A stretch of 64,000 bases of DNA from Carcharhinus longimanus (Eukaryota), in contig JASCQW010000162.1 of the NCBI GenBank assembly GCA_030264375.1, forward strand, positions 106,226,979 through 106,290,978, written 5' to 3'. Numbering within the stretch: position 1 is the stretch's first letter; each line of letters begins with the position of its first letter. Of this stretch, positions 63,271 through 64,000 are shown one piece after another. The notes under the pieces are model-generated. The model did not search any database, was not told the origin of the DNA, and worked only from the letters and a program-made list of their open reading frames with translations. Made by a program: the position numbers and the translations under genes.

Positions 63271-64000
63271 CCTCCGCTCTTGATAATTGTTTCAAGGCTC
63301 TTAGCAGGTAACTATAAAAAAGTAGTAAAGAGCAATATACAATTTTATGTGCCACAGGGGAAGTGGCAAGGTCACTGATGAAATCACATTTTAAATAAAG
63401 GGACTGGAAATTCAGTGTTAAAGATAAGGTTGTCTAGCAGCACAATTCACAAAATCCAATTTTAAAAACTATCTACTACTTTATTGCTAGCGAAAACAAA
63501 TCTCACTTGTTGCCCATGTGTATTGTTAATTCTGAGAAACCAATACCACAAACAATTAACAGGAAGTACATTTACAGAATATTAACATTCACAAACTTTA
63601 AAAATGGTGGAAAACCAAACTGCAAGTTTTAGATTTAGCAAAATATTTAATGAGGGTCTATTCGCTAATTAACAGAACAAAAATTGAATTCAATGTCTCA
63701 TTAATGACAGTCACATGGTCATGGACAAAGACCTCAATAATGCTAATCATGATGGTGTTACTCTTTTTGGCCCTTTGACCCCAACGAGCAAGGTAAGCAC
63801 AAAACTGAAGCAGTCTGGGACGTGTGGCAGAATCATAGACTTGATCATTCAAATGCTGGAAAATAGGATTAGAACAGTTGGCTGGTTTGTCTTTGAGCAG
63901 TGCAGATGTGATGGGCTAAAGGGCTTTTTTGTGCTGTATACCTGACTTTATGACTCAACTTCAAATTGCTATTCCAAAGTTATAAGAAAAGACAAGCAGT

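Overview
Eukaryotic, AT-rich genomic DNA from a draft assembly with several N gaps. The repeat content (HE1/V-SINE-like and Deu-SINE-like SINEs, CR1 LINE fragments, Penelope-type elements) points to a cartilaginous fish, probably a shark; this is inference. The window holds the 3' portion of a filamin gene on the minus strand, best matching FLNB. I mapped 37 exons corresponding to human exons 10-46, from 62728 down to the stop codon at 5226, by reading splice sites and phases. Exon numbers and sizes follow human FLNB as I recall it, not a search. The 5' exons lie beyond position 64000. Highlights: (1) an in-frame 228-nt cassette exon homologous to the Ig20 insertion usually considered FLNC-specific, inside this FLNB gene; (2) a retroposed ~310-bp element with a U2 snRNA-derived head, repeated hairpins, a poly(A) tail and a target-site duplication (TSD); (3) the 31-aa FLNB cassette exon also known in human; (4) the Q/R A-to-I editing codon with a candidate intronic partner; (5) a GC-AG intron; (6) four Penelope-type hairpin elements, one with a degenerate minimal hammerhead ribozyme. 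Most ORF-track entries are intronic noise or exon read-through.
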